Below are positions 1 through 10,252 of a stretch of 44,227 bases of DNA, piece by piece; position 1 is the first letter of the stretch; every line of letters begins with the position of its first letter. Location of the stretch: assembly GCA_030390025.1 (NCBI GenBank), contig JASTWF010000360.1, positions 434,001-478,227 on the forward strand, read 5' to 3'. The stretch comes from Squalus acanthias (Eukaryota). Under the pieces are notes generated by a model. It was not told the origin of the DNA, did no database searches, and saw only the letters and a program-made list of their open reading frames with translations. The translations under genes and the position numbers were made by a program.

Positions 1-315
1 GGAACAAGAGGAATTGAAGGAGGAACAAATTATGACCATTCATCCGCAGGATGTGGTTAGATATTTAGAATCCCACGCTAAAAAGAGAAACCAAATTTTA
101 AAGGAGGATTGAAAGGCCTCTAGTGAAGCCGCGGTAAATGAATTGTGTGTAATGTATGGATCTTGGTTAGTGGAACCAGCCCGTGGAAAACCTGCAGAGC
201 ATTGCTGAGGGGAAGCTACTCTCGTGGGTGACTGATCGACACCTGAGGGCGATGTCCACTTATCAATTTAGCATGAAAATGTGTCAAGTCAGGGGGTTGG
301 TACAGGTGTACCCGG
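1..315 (+). pseudogene. env: Degenerate env of older related element C, portion 5' of the insertion
   Basis: Manual translation EQIMTIH..LESHAKK..ED*KASSEAAVNELCVMYGSWL..(frameshift)..SWVTDRHLRAM..CQVR..VYP aligns with Env of A/B (DQAMTLH..LEKHAKT..EDRNASDQAAQNEVCVLYGAWL..SWISNKHLRAL..CQLR..AYP); contains a stop and a frameshift. Confidence 0.9.
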
Positions 316-897
316 TGTAAGGGATTCTGACCCTGCGTGTCTCGCAGCCTGTGAGATTCACGCGGCTCTGTGCAGCCTGTATGTCAGTGCGGGTCTAGGC
401 CTTGTTGCCTGTTCTGGTCTCCAGCCAGTCTGGGAACACTAGACACACCTGTGAGTGGTTCGAATCACTCGCCCTTACGGTTCTAGACACTGGACTTAGA
501 TGCGAGAGCAGTAATGGAGATGAAACTCATGTAGACTCGGTTGAATGGTACGAAATGGAAAATCTTTATTGCATGATATTTAAGATTATGAAATACATGT
601 CATAAGCACAGATTAATGACAGTACAATCTTACAAGCAGTTATATAGCTGATCTTAGGGAAACGAGGAACGAACGACACACCGTAAATAGGGGCACACAT
701 TACAGGTATCCTTAATACTTAAACCCTCCCCTATCAATATCTATCCTAACTAGATTCGTAGGATTTCGAGACTCATGCTCACCACTCGTGATAACTCGGA
801 GAAATTCCGAATAGCTGATCGGATGTTTTTCACCGCAGCACCCACGTGTCGGTCAGGAGATCTCCTGGTCCCACTTGTTTACTTGCTTCTACTCCGG
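316..897 (-). repeat. 3' LTR of provirus B, distal part (split by provirus A)
   Basis: Near-identical to 20749-21330; ends at CCGG 894-897. Confidence 0.95.
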
Positions 898-2545
898 TGT
901 AGAATTCGCAATATATCGCGATTTTAATAATAAGGAGAAAACACAGAGTTTCGTTCAAACAGCTTTTATTTCAGTAGAATGCTGGCAAGTTTAAAGTGGA
1001 CACAAGCAGCCTGTAAAATGGCCGCCGCACCTCGTGACAGAACATTCTAGACTTTTCAACAGGCAGACAAGATGGCGTTCCAATAAACATTTGTGCAAGA
1101 TCGATTAAGATTCAGCACAGTGAAGATAATACACGAGACATTATGGGTTTGCAGTATAAACATAGATACTGGAATCGGTCTCCCAGGTACAAAGGAAAGC
1201 CATTGTACCGAGTAATCAAGGGCCCATCCAAAAGACATTAATATGTAAAATCCCAACGACTCTACGATGAGAGAGCCGTTAGCAGGTAGTTATACAGGAC
1301 ACTTGGAAGCCCCAAACCCCTCCAGGGAGAACACCGACCGATTTAACAATGGGAGAAATATTAACAGGTACTCAGACATTTACGAGTAGCCCCGAAACCC
1401 ATTAAGAACGGAGATCACCCATACAAGACATTTGGGCGCCAAACCCTAAACAAAAGAATGGACATTATAGTTGGGCGGGAAACGGAAGATTTTGCACTAT
1501 AATTGCAGGCTCCAAACCGTCCATTCTCTCTCTTGCTCCTGTGCTTTTATCCGGTCGATTCGTAACCTCGTGGCTGCTCCTGTGTACTCGTAGTTGGGCT
1601 TCTGCTTGCCTGTTGCCTCTTCTGAAAAGACTGTTGAACTTTCTGATCCGTTCGGATCTACCTCGTGTCGCGTAACGAAGACCTATGTTGGTAACTGGCA
1701 GCGGAACCGAAGGCCCGAGATGAGATGAGATGAGATGAGATGAGATGAGAAGAGAGGAAGACCATATCCATCGCCACGGTCAGTAAATCCCGACCGCGCC
1801 TGTAGGTCGATTAGCCAAGTTTTCCTCGCCAGGAAGACTTCTTCGAACTTATAACGAAACATATTGCATCGACGATAACTGGACTGTGCCCAAAGTAACT
1901 GGAATGTGAAAGCCACCAACACAGGTCTTCATCACAGCAGACGGTCCAGCCTGCTAGCCGGAGCAGCAGAAGCAAGTAAACAAGTGGGACCAGGAGATCT
2001 CCTGACCGACACGTGGGTGCTGCGGTGAAAAACATCCGATCAGCTATTCGGAATTTCTCCGAGTTATCACGAGTGGTGAGCATGAGTCTCGAAATCCTAC
2101 GAATCTAGTTTAGGATAGATATTGATAGGGGAGGGTTTAAGGATTAAGGATATTTGTAATGTGTGCCCCTATTTACTTTGTGCCGTTCGTTCCTCGTTTC
2201 CCTAAGATCGACTATATAACTGTTTGTAAGATTGTACTGTCATTAATCTGTGCTTATGACATGTATTTCATAATCTTAAGTATCATGCAATAAAGATTTT
2301 CCATTTCGTACCATTCAAACCAAGTCTACATGAGTTTTATCTCCATTACTGCTCTCGCATCTAAGTCCAGTGTCTAGAACCGTAAGGGAGAGTGATTCGA
2401 ACCACTCACAGGTGTGTCTAGTGTTCCCAGACTGGCTGGAGACCAGAACAGGCAACAAGGCCTAGACCCGCACTGACATACAGGCTGCACAGAGCCGCGT
2501 GAATCTCACAGGCTGCGAGACACGCAGGGTCAGGAATCCCTTACA
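898..2545 (+). repeat. 5' LTR of provirus A (1648 bp)
   Basis: TGTAGAATTC...CCCTTACA; direct repeat of 8608-10252; followed by PBS. Contains (GAGAT)6 at 1717-1746, TATA-like motifs near 1497 and 2213, and AATAAA at 2289-2294. Confidence 0.95.
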
Positions 2546-2550
2546 GAAAA

Positions 2551-2568
2551 TGGCGACCGCGGCAGGAC
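2551..2568 (+). promoter_or_regulatory. Primer binding site, tRNA-Arg(UCG)
   Basis: TGGCGACCGCGGCAGGAC is the reverse complement of GTCCTGCCGCGGTCGCCA, the 3' end of vertebrate tRNA-Arg-TCG as I recall it; lies 5 nt after the LTR end. Confidence 0.85.
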
Positions 2569-2603
2569 ACTGGCAGCGAGAGGGTAGTGTGTTAGATTTT
2601 GGA

Positions 2604-4360
2604 ATGACTGTACGAAATGTTATGCAGGAAAAGATAGCGGATTATGTGTTTGGAAAGGTTAATCTAACTAAGAAATGGATAAGTGAATTGTTAGCGGATA
2701 AGAGCCCACTAGAGGCAGCTGAAAGGTGGACAGATAGTAAAGAACATAGAAAGACACTTGAGAAAGCAGTCTGGCTTATGTGTTACAAAAGGCAGGTTCA
2801 GATTTCAAACCAGACCATTACAGCGCTAGTAGCTCGAATCAGTCATTTAGAGGGAGAAATGGAGGAGAAGGTTTCTGGAGGGGAGGTGCTCATTAAGAAT
2901 TTAAATGAGTTACACCAAGAAAGCCAGGAAGTCTCCAGTCACCTTAAAACAAGGATAGATTATCTCGAGTGCCAGGTCACTGAGGCAAAATTGAATGAGA
3001 GCAGGTTAAAGGAAAGATGTAACCGCCAAGCTGCCCAGATAAGAACTCAAGAAGAGAGCTTAATGGGGGTTAGGGCGGCATATAAGTTGGCCCTTGAGGA
3101 TAAGTTTCAGGGAGCCGATCATAGCGCCTGCCAAAGGGAGATAGAGCACCTCAAAAAGGCCGTGAACAATGCGAACGGCATGGTGTGCCTTATCAATCCG
3201 TCGGCGCACCAGCCGCTAGTAAATGAGAGATTTAGAAAATCCCCACCAAGTAAAGCAGAAGAAGTAGTAGCCACTGCGCCCTCCGCGCCACCCAGCTATT
3301 CAGAAACCTGGGTTAGGGAGGAAGCAATGGAAGAAACAAAAGAGCCCATTGAAAAGAAGTAGAAAAGGGATCGTTGTATCCAGTAACGGGTATTAAAAGG
3401 GGCCCAAGCAGAAACGGTGGGGAAGAACCGGGGGATCTCCTCGGACAGCTGGTGTTGCCTCACAGTTCACATCAGCTGAGAGCTATGATAAATCACGTAC
3501 GGAAGCTGACCGAGGCAGACGACCCTTCCGTACATTTCAGAGAAGTTGAGCAAGCCGCAGCCATTAACGGCTGCGATGATGGGGAGACAGCAAAAATGCT
3601 GCTGTTCTCATTAGACAGCTCGGTCCTTCAGTGTCTCTCAGGCGAGAGCAAGAGGGGAACCAAGAGTTATGAGGAATTAAAGAATGAGGTCCTGGAAGTG
3701 TTGGGGGCGAACGACGAAGGTCCGTTTGCTAGAGTGGGACAGACAGTGCAGATGGAGGGAGAACCCCCGAAGGTTTTTGCCGACAGGCTGTGGCCAGTAT
3801 ATGAGCGCAGCTGTCTAGGTGCGCCCGAGCGCGAAGATGTGGAAGGTTTAGCTTTAACTCATTGGCTTAGGTGCATAATAGCCAACAGTTTACCAGCCGT
3901 CAGAGAGCAGGCAAAAGCATGGTTTGATCCCAATGACCCCAACATTACGGAAGAGTCGGTCTTGAATCGACTCACGTTAGGTTATCGCAATATAAGGGGT
4001 ATGGCAACACGTCCCCTTAAGGGAAGAGTACATGAGGTACGACCCGCAGCCCCGTATCAAAGAGAGTGGCATCAGGAGGGTAATCGCGCCCCACAGGCAA
4101 GTAATGCTTGTTACGGGTGTGGGAAGACAGGGCACTGGCGCAAGCATTGCAGGAACCCTTGGAAGGATTCCAAGGATAAAAATCCCGCGGTCCGAGCCCA
4201 GGCGCCTGTCCCGGCTAAGGAAGCCAAGGCACCCACCCCTCCCGACGACCTCGAAGCAGTGTTAGGAGCCATGCGCAAGCTGGTCTTGAATGCGCGTGGA
4301 CAGGTGGCGGTCGCAACCGGCCCCGTAGGTGCCGCAGGACCGTCTAATAGTACCCAATGA
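2604..4360 (+). pseudogene. gag: gag of provirus A, split by a 1-nt deletion near 3352-3356
   Basis: ORFs 2499-3362 and 3374-4360 together match the continuous 589-aa ORF of B; coiled-coil region, PSAP/PPSY motifs, zinc knuckle CYGCGKTGHWRKHC. An in-frame upstream ATG also exists at 2550. Confidence 0.92.
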
Positions 4361-5367
4361 CTAGAGCCCACGCAGCCTGCCTACCTGTGTCCTTTTAAAA
4401 GACACGCACAGGAGGGGGTCTGCGGTGAGGAGGCCAGGTTAAAAGAGCAGGCCTTGCGGGAGGAGAACGCCCGCTTAATAGGGAAAATAGATGGGCTGGA
4501 AGGGCAGCTTAGAGAGCAGGCCCTGCGGGAGGAGAACGCCCGAGCAATGGGAAAGTTAGACGTGCTCAGGCTAGAAGCGCAGCTTAGTGAGATAAAAGCA
4601 GCCTACAGGGTAGCCAAAAGCCGGGAGTATGAGGATGTAAACCAATGCAAACTGTACCAGCCAGGTGCGCAGGGGAAAACTACAGGGGTAAATCCCGCCA
4701 ATGGGAAAGCACAGCCCCAGGTAGGACCACAAGGCACACAGGCAGGCATAGCAGCTTGCATCAGGGGAAGGGACATCCCGGACGATCATGCAGCGTTTTT
4801 CTGGAATTGGGGGTTAGATGAGGAAGAATTCAGGGTACCCGGGTCAGATGAGGATAGTGCAGATGAGGATAGTGATGACGACGGGTGGTTTCGGAGGAAC
4901 GGTCCCTTTTACGATATGGAGGGGACGGGGGCTGCAGGTAGAGATCCACACAGGGTGGACACACGAGCTGCAGGTCCCGAGACAGGAGGGAGGAGCTAGA
5001 GGAGGCAGGGCCAGCCGCTATGGGAGCACAGAGAGTACCGGTGTGGCTCCCAGAGATGTGGCCGCCCGCTTTGAACGTCCAGTCCTCAGGGGAGGCAGAG
5101 ATCACGAGTGAAGGGCCGCCTGCTGGGCCGAGCAGGGCGGAGCCACGAACTGCCAGCCCCGAGGTTAGGGAGGCGGAGTCAGCGGAGGCGGAGCCGGCGA
5201 CTGTGATGGAACCCCAGGTCATCCCGATGGAGGTCTCGGAACCCGGTCCGTCCGTCACGGAACCCCCGCCCATAGCAACTCCCCGTAGGTCAAGTAGAGA
5301 ACCCCAGCCCAGGAGGATGTGGTCATGTCCCCAGACTGCCCCAAGGCGTAAATTCAGGTTAAGATAA
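4361..5367 (+). pseudogene. pol: Residual pol of A: first ~11 codons, foreign coiled-coil insert (~4393-4637), then integrase C-terminal tail (frameshift near 4980)
   Basis: LEPTQPAYLCP matches the start of B pol (LEPAQPVYLCP); from NQCKLYQPG onward it matches the B Pol tail; PR, RT, RH and IN core are absent. Confidence 0.9.
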
Positions 5368-5805
5368 CCCAGGTACAGACCGGCCACATCGCAGCAGTAA
5401 CAGGCTGCGGCAGATCAGAGGGAAGGGTCAGCGCAGCAACAGGCTGCGGCAGATCAGAGGGAAGGGTCAGTGCCCTCCCACCGTCGGGAAGAGCTCGCAG
5501 CAGCCTTCTCAGAATTTAAAGGGGCCGCCCTGAGAACGGGCGGCACTGTAAAGTTATAGTTTTAAGTTTTAAGTTTATAGTTCAAGGTTAAGTTTATAGT
5601 TTTAATAAGGTTAAGTTTGTAGTGTTTTTAACAGAAAACGATAAAATGATGGGAGTTTTTAAAGATAGGTTTAGTTGAAGTTTATTCAGCGAACGTTGAA
5701 GTTTACGTGAGGCGAGGTCAGGGGACCCGCTCACCCTTCACAAAAGCCAGAGACTCTTGCGAGGCTGGCTACCTCATTCTATCTGATCACAGGAACCAAG
5801 GAAGG

Positions 5806-8157
5806 ATGGAACGAATTCTAGTATTGCTCGTGGCAATCGGATGTGGATTGGCCTATCGAGGCCGCACCAAGGATGTCGTGGTGTTTGGATGTTCCGGGGA
5901 CACGGCCCCCATCGCGGTGGATGGGACCGGAAGACGGGAGGCAGAGGAGACCAGCACCTATTTCCACAAGGGAAGGTGGCCAGGATGGCTGGGAACGAAC
6001 TCAACGGAGTATTCCAGCACATCGGGGTTTGCCTACAAAGAGACTTCTTTACTGTGCCCCAAAGTAAGGATCATCGCACCCAGGATCAGCGTCACCGTCG
6101 GCAAACGGATTTGTTTGACTTGTAGTGGGAAGGTCCCATTGAGCCGATGGTGGTGGCTGCGAAAGCTGAGCAAAACTATGAGGAACTCTTCGGTCGAGTG
6201 GGAACGACTGGGTAATAATACCCATCGGACAATTACGGGGACAGACGGACAAGTGAAAGTCTGTTGGGACAAATGGTGGGAACCGGATGAGGGAATTTAT
6301 GTATGTATGTGGGGGTCAAAGTACGTTTGCCCCAAAGGCATCTCCATATTTTTTATTAATCAATGGCAGGATAACGGACAGGGGATGAGGTGGGATGCGA
6401 GCACCAGGGGGTGCGGAGCCCCATTCTCCCCGATCCCAGTAAATGCCACTGAGCTCATTACGCGCCCACGCAAAGCCCCGCCCACGATTCCGGTGGTTCT
6501 AGCTGAGGAAGAAGGGTGCCCTAAAACTAGTAAGGGACCCGGGAATGGTTTGGTACTGGTCCCCACAGACCAGATACTATTTCAGGGGGTACATTACGCG
6601 GTGGCCTCGGTGATTTTAAATCTCACTGAGGTGCGGTTACCAGAGTGGTGCCCCAAAAAGACGGAACAGTTGTACCAGGTCCTGTTGACCAAGATGTTCA
6701 GACAATTTTACGAATTCGATTTCGCGGAAATTGATAAAACAAGTTTGTACACCGCACCACAGGAAGTTTTGGATCAAGTAGGGAGGCAAAGAAGGGGTTT
6801 GGTGAACGATGCGTTCACTGCTTTTAACACAGGTACATCTGTGGTCAACGCTCTAGACAGTGTGGAGCTGCAGACCCAGATTAATGGTTTAAAGACACAA
6901 TTAAAGGACATTCTAACAGATGAGAATAAAGTGGTAGGGTCGGGTCTACACGAGGACCAAGCCATGACCCTCCATTTAAAGGAAATTATAGCAGAGTTGG
7001 AGAAACATGCAAAGACGGTAAATGCCCTGATTAGGGAAGATCGGAATGCATCCGATCAAGCTGCGCAGAACGAGGTGTGCGTGCTTTACGGGGCGTGGTT
7101 ACTGGGCGAGGGCCGCAGTAATTTGGAGGATTTAAAACAAGGTTTGGTTCCGTCCTGGATAAGTAACAAACACCTGCGGGCGCTCCACCCTTTTCAGAAC
7201 GCATTAAGCCCGTGCCAGCTCAGGCTAGCTTCAGAAGCATACCCAGTCCCCGTGGACTGCGGACGATCAAACCATACCATTATGGGTATAGTTTTACGTA
7301 TGCCGGTTTTGGGCGACACAGCAAAGCCCGCCCCGGTATATCGGGTAGAGAACATCGGTGTCATTCAGGGGGGAGCCCACATTCGTTATGCAGCGGTTCC
7401 ACCTTACGTCATCCGCTGGGAGCAAACGATGACAGGTACAGATCTCTCTGGTTGTCGTGGCAGGGGAGCACACATAATACTGTGCCCCCAGCACTTGAAT
7501 GCCTTTTTAACACCACAGTGCGGGTTCAGAACGGCTGGCGCCAAGTCCATGAATTGCACCATGGAGGCAATGGCACAAGATCATGTGCCTCCGCAGGTAG
7601 CATACATCGGGGGTGGAACATATTGTGTTACCACTGCAGCGCAACACTACCAGCATGGAAACCGTAGCCGGTGTCCGGTGAGTGACAGCAGTTTCTGTTT
7701 TAAACCCAGGGCGGAAGTTCAAGTAGCACAACAGCGAATTATCCCAATCCCTGAACCATCCACTGTTCATCTCACAGTAAAAGAGAATTTCACCGACTTG
7801 CAGCGATTCGTCGCGCATTTTGGATACCTCATTCCCCCTCTCCCTGAACACCTCACCAAGCTTCTGAAAGCCGTCGCGGTATCACAGAAACATTTTTATA
7901 CATTAGAGCAGAAAACTGTCGAAATAGGAACAGACATTCTGGATATAGTAGTTCCACCGTGGTGGAATCTGTTCACCAATATTGAAGTACCTTCATGGAT
8001 CAGAATAGCCTCCCACATTTTAGTCGTATGCCAAGTTTTCATTGTAGTGTACCTATTGGTTGTACATTGTAAAAGAGACAAACGCCTCACCAAGCATGAA
8101 AACACGGGAGAGTGGCGAGAACGTTACGTGCGCGTGCACGATGAGAGCACCGTGTAA
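5806..8157 (+). CDS. env: Envelope glycoprotein of A, 783 aa, intact
   Basis: Signal peptide MERILVLLVAIGCGLA; furin site RQRR (6784-6795) followed by a fusion-peptide-like segment and heptad repeat; Cys-rich region; TM ILVVCQVFIVVYLLVV; candidate splice acceptor AG at 5791-5792. Confidence 0.92.
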   Translation: MERILVLLVAIGCGLAYRGRTKDVVVFGCSGDTAPIAVDGTGRREAEETSTYFHKGRWPGWLGTNSTEYSSTSGFAYKETSLLCPKVRIIAPRISVTVGKRICLTCSGKVPLSRWWWLRKLSKTMRNSSVEWERLGNNTHRTITGTDGQVKVCWDKWWEPDEGIYVCMWGSKYVCPKGISIFFINQWQDNGQGMRWDASTRGCGAPFSPIPVNATELITRPRKAPPTIPVVLAEEEGCPKTSKGPGNGLVLVPTDQILFQGVHYAVASVILNLTEVRLPEWCPKKTEQLYQVLLTKMFRQFYEFDFAEIDKTSLYTAPQEVLDQVGRQRRGLVNDAFTAFNTGTSVVNALDSVELQTQINGLKTQLKDILTDENKVVGSGLHEDQAMTLHLKEIIAELEKHAKTVNALIREDRNASDQAAQNEVCVLYGAWLLGEGRSNLEDLKQGLVPSWISNKHLRALHPFQNALSPCQLRLASEAYPVPVDCGRSNHTIMGIVLRMPVLGDTAKPAPVYRVENIGVIQGGAHIRYAAVPPYVIRWEQTMTGTDLSGCRGRGAHIILCPQHLNAFLTPQCGFRTAGAKSMNCTMEAMAQDHVPPQVAYIGGGTYCVTTAAQHYQHGNRSRCPVSDSSFCFKPRAEVQVAQQRIIPIPEPSTVHLTVKENFTDLQRFVAHFGYLIPPLPEHLTKLLKAVAVSQKHFYTLEQKTVEIGTDILDIVVPPWWNLFTNIEVPSWIRIASHILVVCQVFIVVYLLVVHCKRDKRLTKHENTGEWRERYVRVHDESTV

Positions 8158-8595
8158 TCGGAAAATGGCGTCACTCCCGCTCGCCACGTGCGCCGCGGAA
8201 GCTTGTACTCATATAAGATTTTCAGAGATTGTAAATACGTTGGGAACTCGACATGTTTTAAGAGTTGGTGTTGATTATTTTGGTGATGGTGTTACAGTTA
8301 AAAATGATTGTTTGGTTTTGGGTTCTGTTTCTCCTTTCCCTGAATAAAAGATGAATATACAGGTGATACGAGAGGCATCGGCCTGGTTACGCCGGGAAGG
8401 AAAACAAGTGGTGTAAGTTTAAGGGCAAATAATGCCTACGGTGATATAAAATGTAATCTTCTTGGGAAATGAGGACGACACAGAGACCCTAGCTAAGTTA
8501 AAATTATGGGATTAATTTACTGGATTCGGAGAGAAATCGAGATAATATTGCTCACCACTATGATTTTTGATACGATAAGCGGAGTTATTCGCATC

Positions 8596-8607
8596 AACAG
8601 GAGGGAC
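8596..8607 (+). promoter_or_regulatory. Short polypurine tract of A
   Basis: AACAGGAGGGAC immediately before the 3' LTR TG; mirrored at 11294-11305 in B. Confidence 0.7.
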
Positions 8608-10252
8608 TGTAGAATTCGCAATATATCGCGATTTTATTAATAAGGAGAAAACACAGAGTTTCGTTCAAACAGCTTTTATTTCAGTAGAATGCTGGCAGGT
8701 TTAAAGTGGACACAAGCAGCCTGTAAAATGGCCGCCGCACCTCGTGACAGAACATTCTAGACTTTTCAACAGGCAGACAAGATGGCGTTCCAATAAACAT
8801 TTGTGCAAGATCGATTAAGATTCAGCACAGTGAAGATAATACACGAGACATTATGGGTTTGCAGTATACACATAGATACTGAAATCGGTCTCCCAGGTAC
8901 AAAGGAAAGCCATTGTACCGAGTAATCAAGGGCCCATCCAAAAGACATTAATATGTAAAATCCCAACGACTCTACGATGAGAGAGCCGTTAGCAGGTAGT
9001 TATACAGGACACTTGGAAGCCCCAAACCCCTCCAGGGAGAACACCGACCGATTTAACAATGGGAGAAATATTAACAGGTACTCAGACATTTACGAGTAGC
9101 CCCGAAACCCATTAAGAACGGAGATCACCCATACAAGACATTTGAGCGCCAAACCCTAAACAAAAGAATGGACATTATAGTTGGGCGGGAAACGGAAGAT
9201 TTTGCACTATAATTGCAGGCTCCAAACCGTCCATTCTCTCTCTTGCTCCTGTGCTTTTATCCGGTCGATTCGTAACCTCGTGGCTGCTCCTGTGTACTCG
9301 TAGTTGGGCTTCTGCTTGCCTGTTGCCTCTTCTGAAAAGACTGTTGAACTTTCTGATCCGTTCGGATCTACCTCGTGTCGCGTAACGAAGACCTATGTTG
9401 GTAACTGGCAGCGGAACCGAAGGCCCGAGATGAGATGAGATGAGATGAGATGAGATGAGAAGAGAGGAAGACCATATCCATCGCCACGGTCAGTAAATCC
9501 CGACCGCGCCTGTAGGTCGATTAGCCAAGTTTTCCTCGCCAGGAAGACTTCTTCGAACTTGTAACGAAACATATCGCATCGACGATAACTGACACTGTGC
9601 TCGAAAGTACCTGTTAAACCAACCAACACAGGTCTTCATCACAGCAGACGGTCCAGCCTGCTAGCCGGAGCAGCAGAAGCAAGTAAACAAGTGGGACCAG
9701 GAGATCTCCTGACCGACACGTGGGTGCTGCGGTGAAAAACATCCGATCAGCTATTCGGAATTTCTCCGAGTTATCACGAGTGGTGAGCATGAGTCTCGAG
9801 ATCCTACGAATCTAGTTTAGGATAGATATTGATAGGGGAGGGTTTAAGGATTAAGGATATTTGTAATGTGTGCCCCTATTTACTTTGTGCCGTTCGTTCC
9901 TCGTTTCCCTAAGATCGACTATATAACTGTTTGTAAGATTGTACTGTCATTAATCTGTGCTTATGACATGTATTTCATAATCTTAAGTATCATGCAATAA
10001 AGATTTTCCATTTCGTACCATTCAAACCAAGTCTACATGAGTTTTATCTCCATTACTGCTCTCGCATCTAAGTCCAGTGTCTAGAACCGTAAGGGAGAGT
10101 GATTCGAACCACTCACAGGTGTGTCTAGTGTTCCCAGACTGGCTGGAGACCAGAACAGGCAACAAGGCCTAGACCCGCACTGACATACAGGCTGCACAGA
10201 GCCGCGTGAATCTCACAGGCTGCGAGACACGCAGGGTCAGGAATCCCTTACA
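8608..10252 (+). repeat. 3' LTR of provirus A (1645 bp)
   Basis: Direct repeat of 898-2545; followed by CCGG. Confidence 0.95.

Larger units (their letters stand above)
898..10252 (+). mobile_element. Provirus A: pol-deleted non-autonomous member of the same family, inserted in opposite orientation into the 3' LTR of B
   Basis: LTRs at 898-2545 and 8608-10252; CCGG duplication at 894-897 and 10253-10256; the uninterrupted site tctactCCGGctagc is present in B's 5' LTR (21321-21335). Confidence 0.95.

Noticed and set aside
402..2083. Small ORFs in the LTRs as accessory genes
   Set aside because: Non-ATG starts, antisense to the element, under 100 aa, and recurring only because the LTRs are repeated.
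8161..8185. Second PBS-like GAAAATGGCGTCAC after the env stop
   Set aside because: Only ~9 nt resemble a tRNA 3' complement and there is no adjacent LTR end; equally explained as a YY1-type motif.
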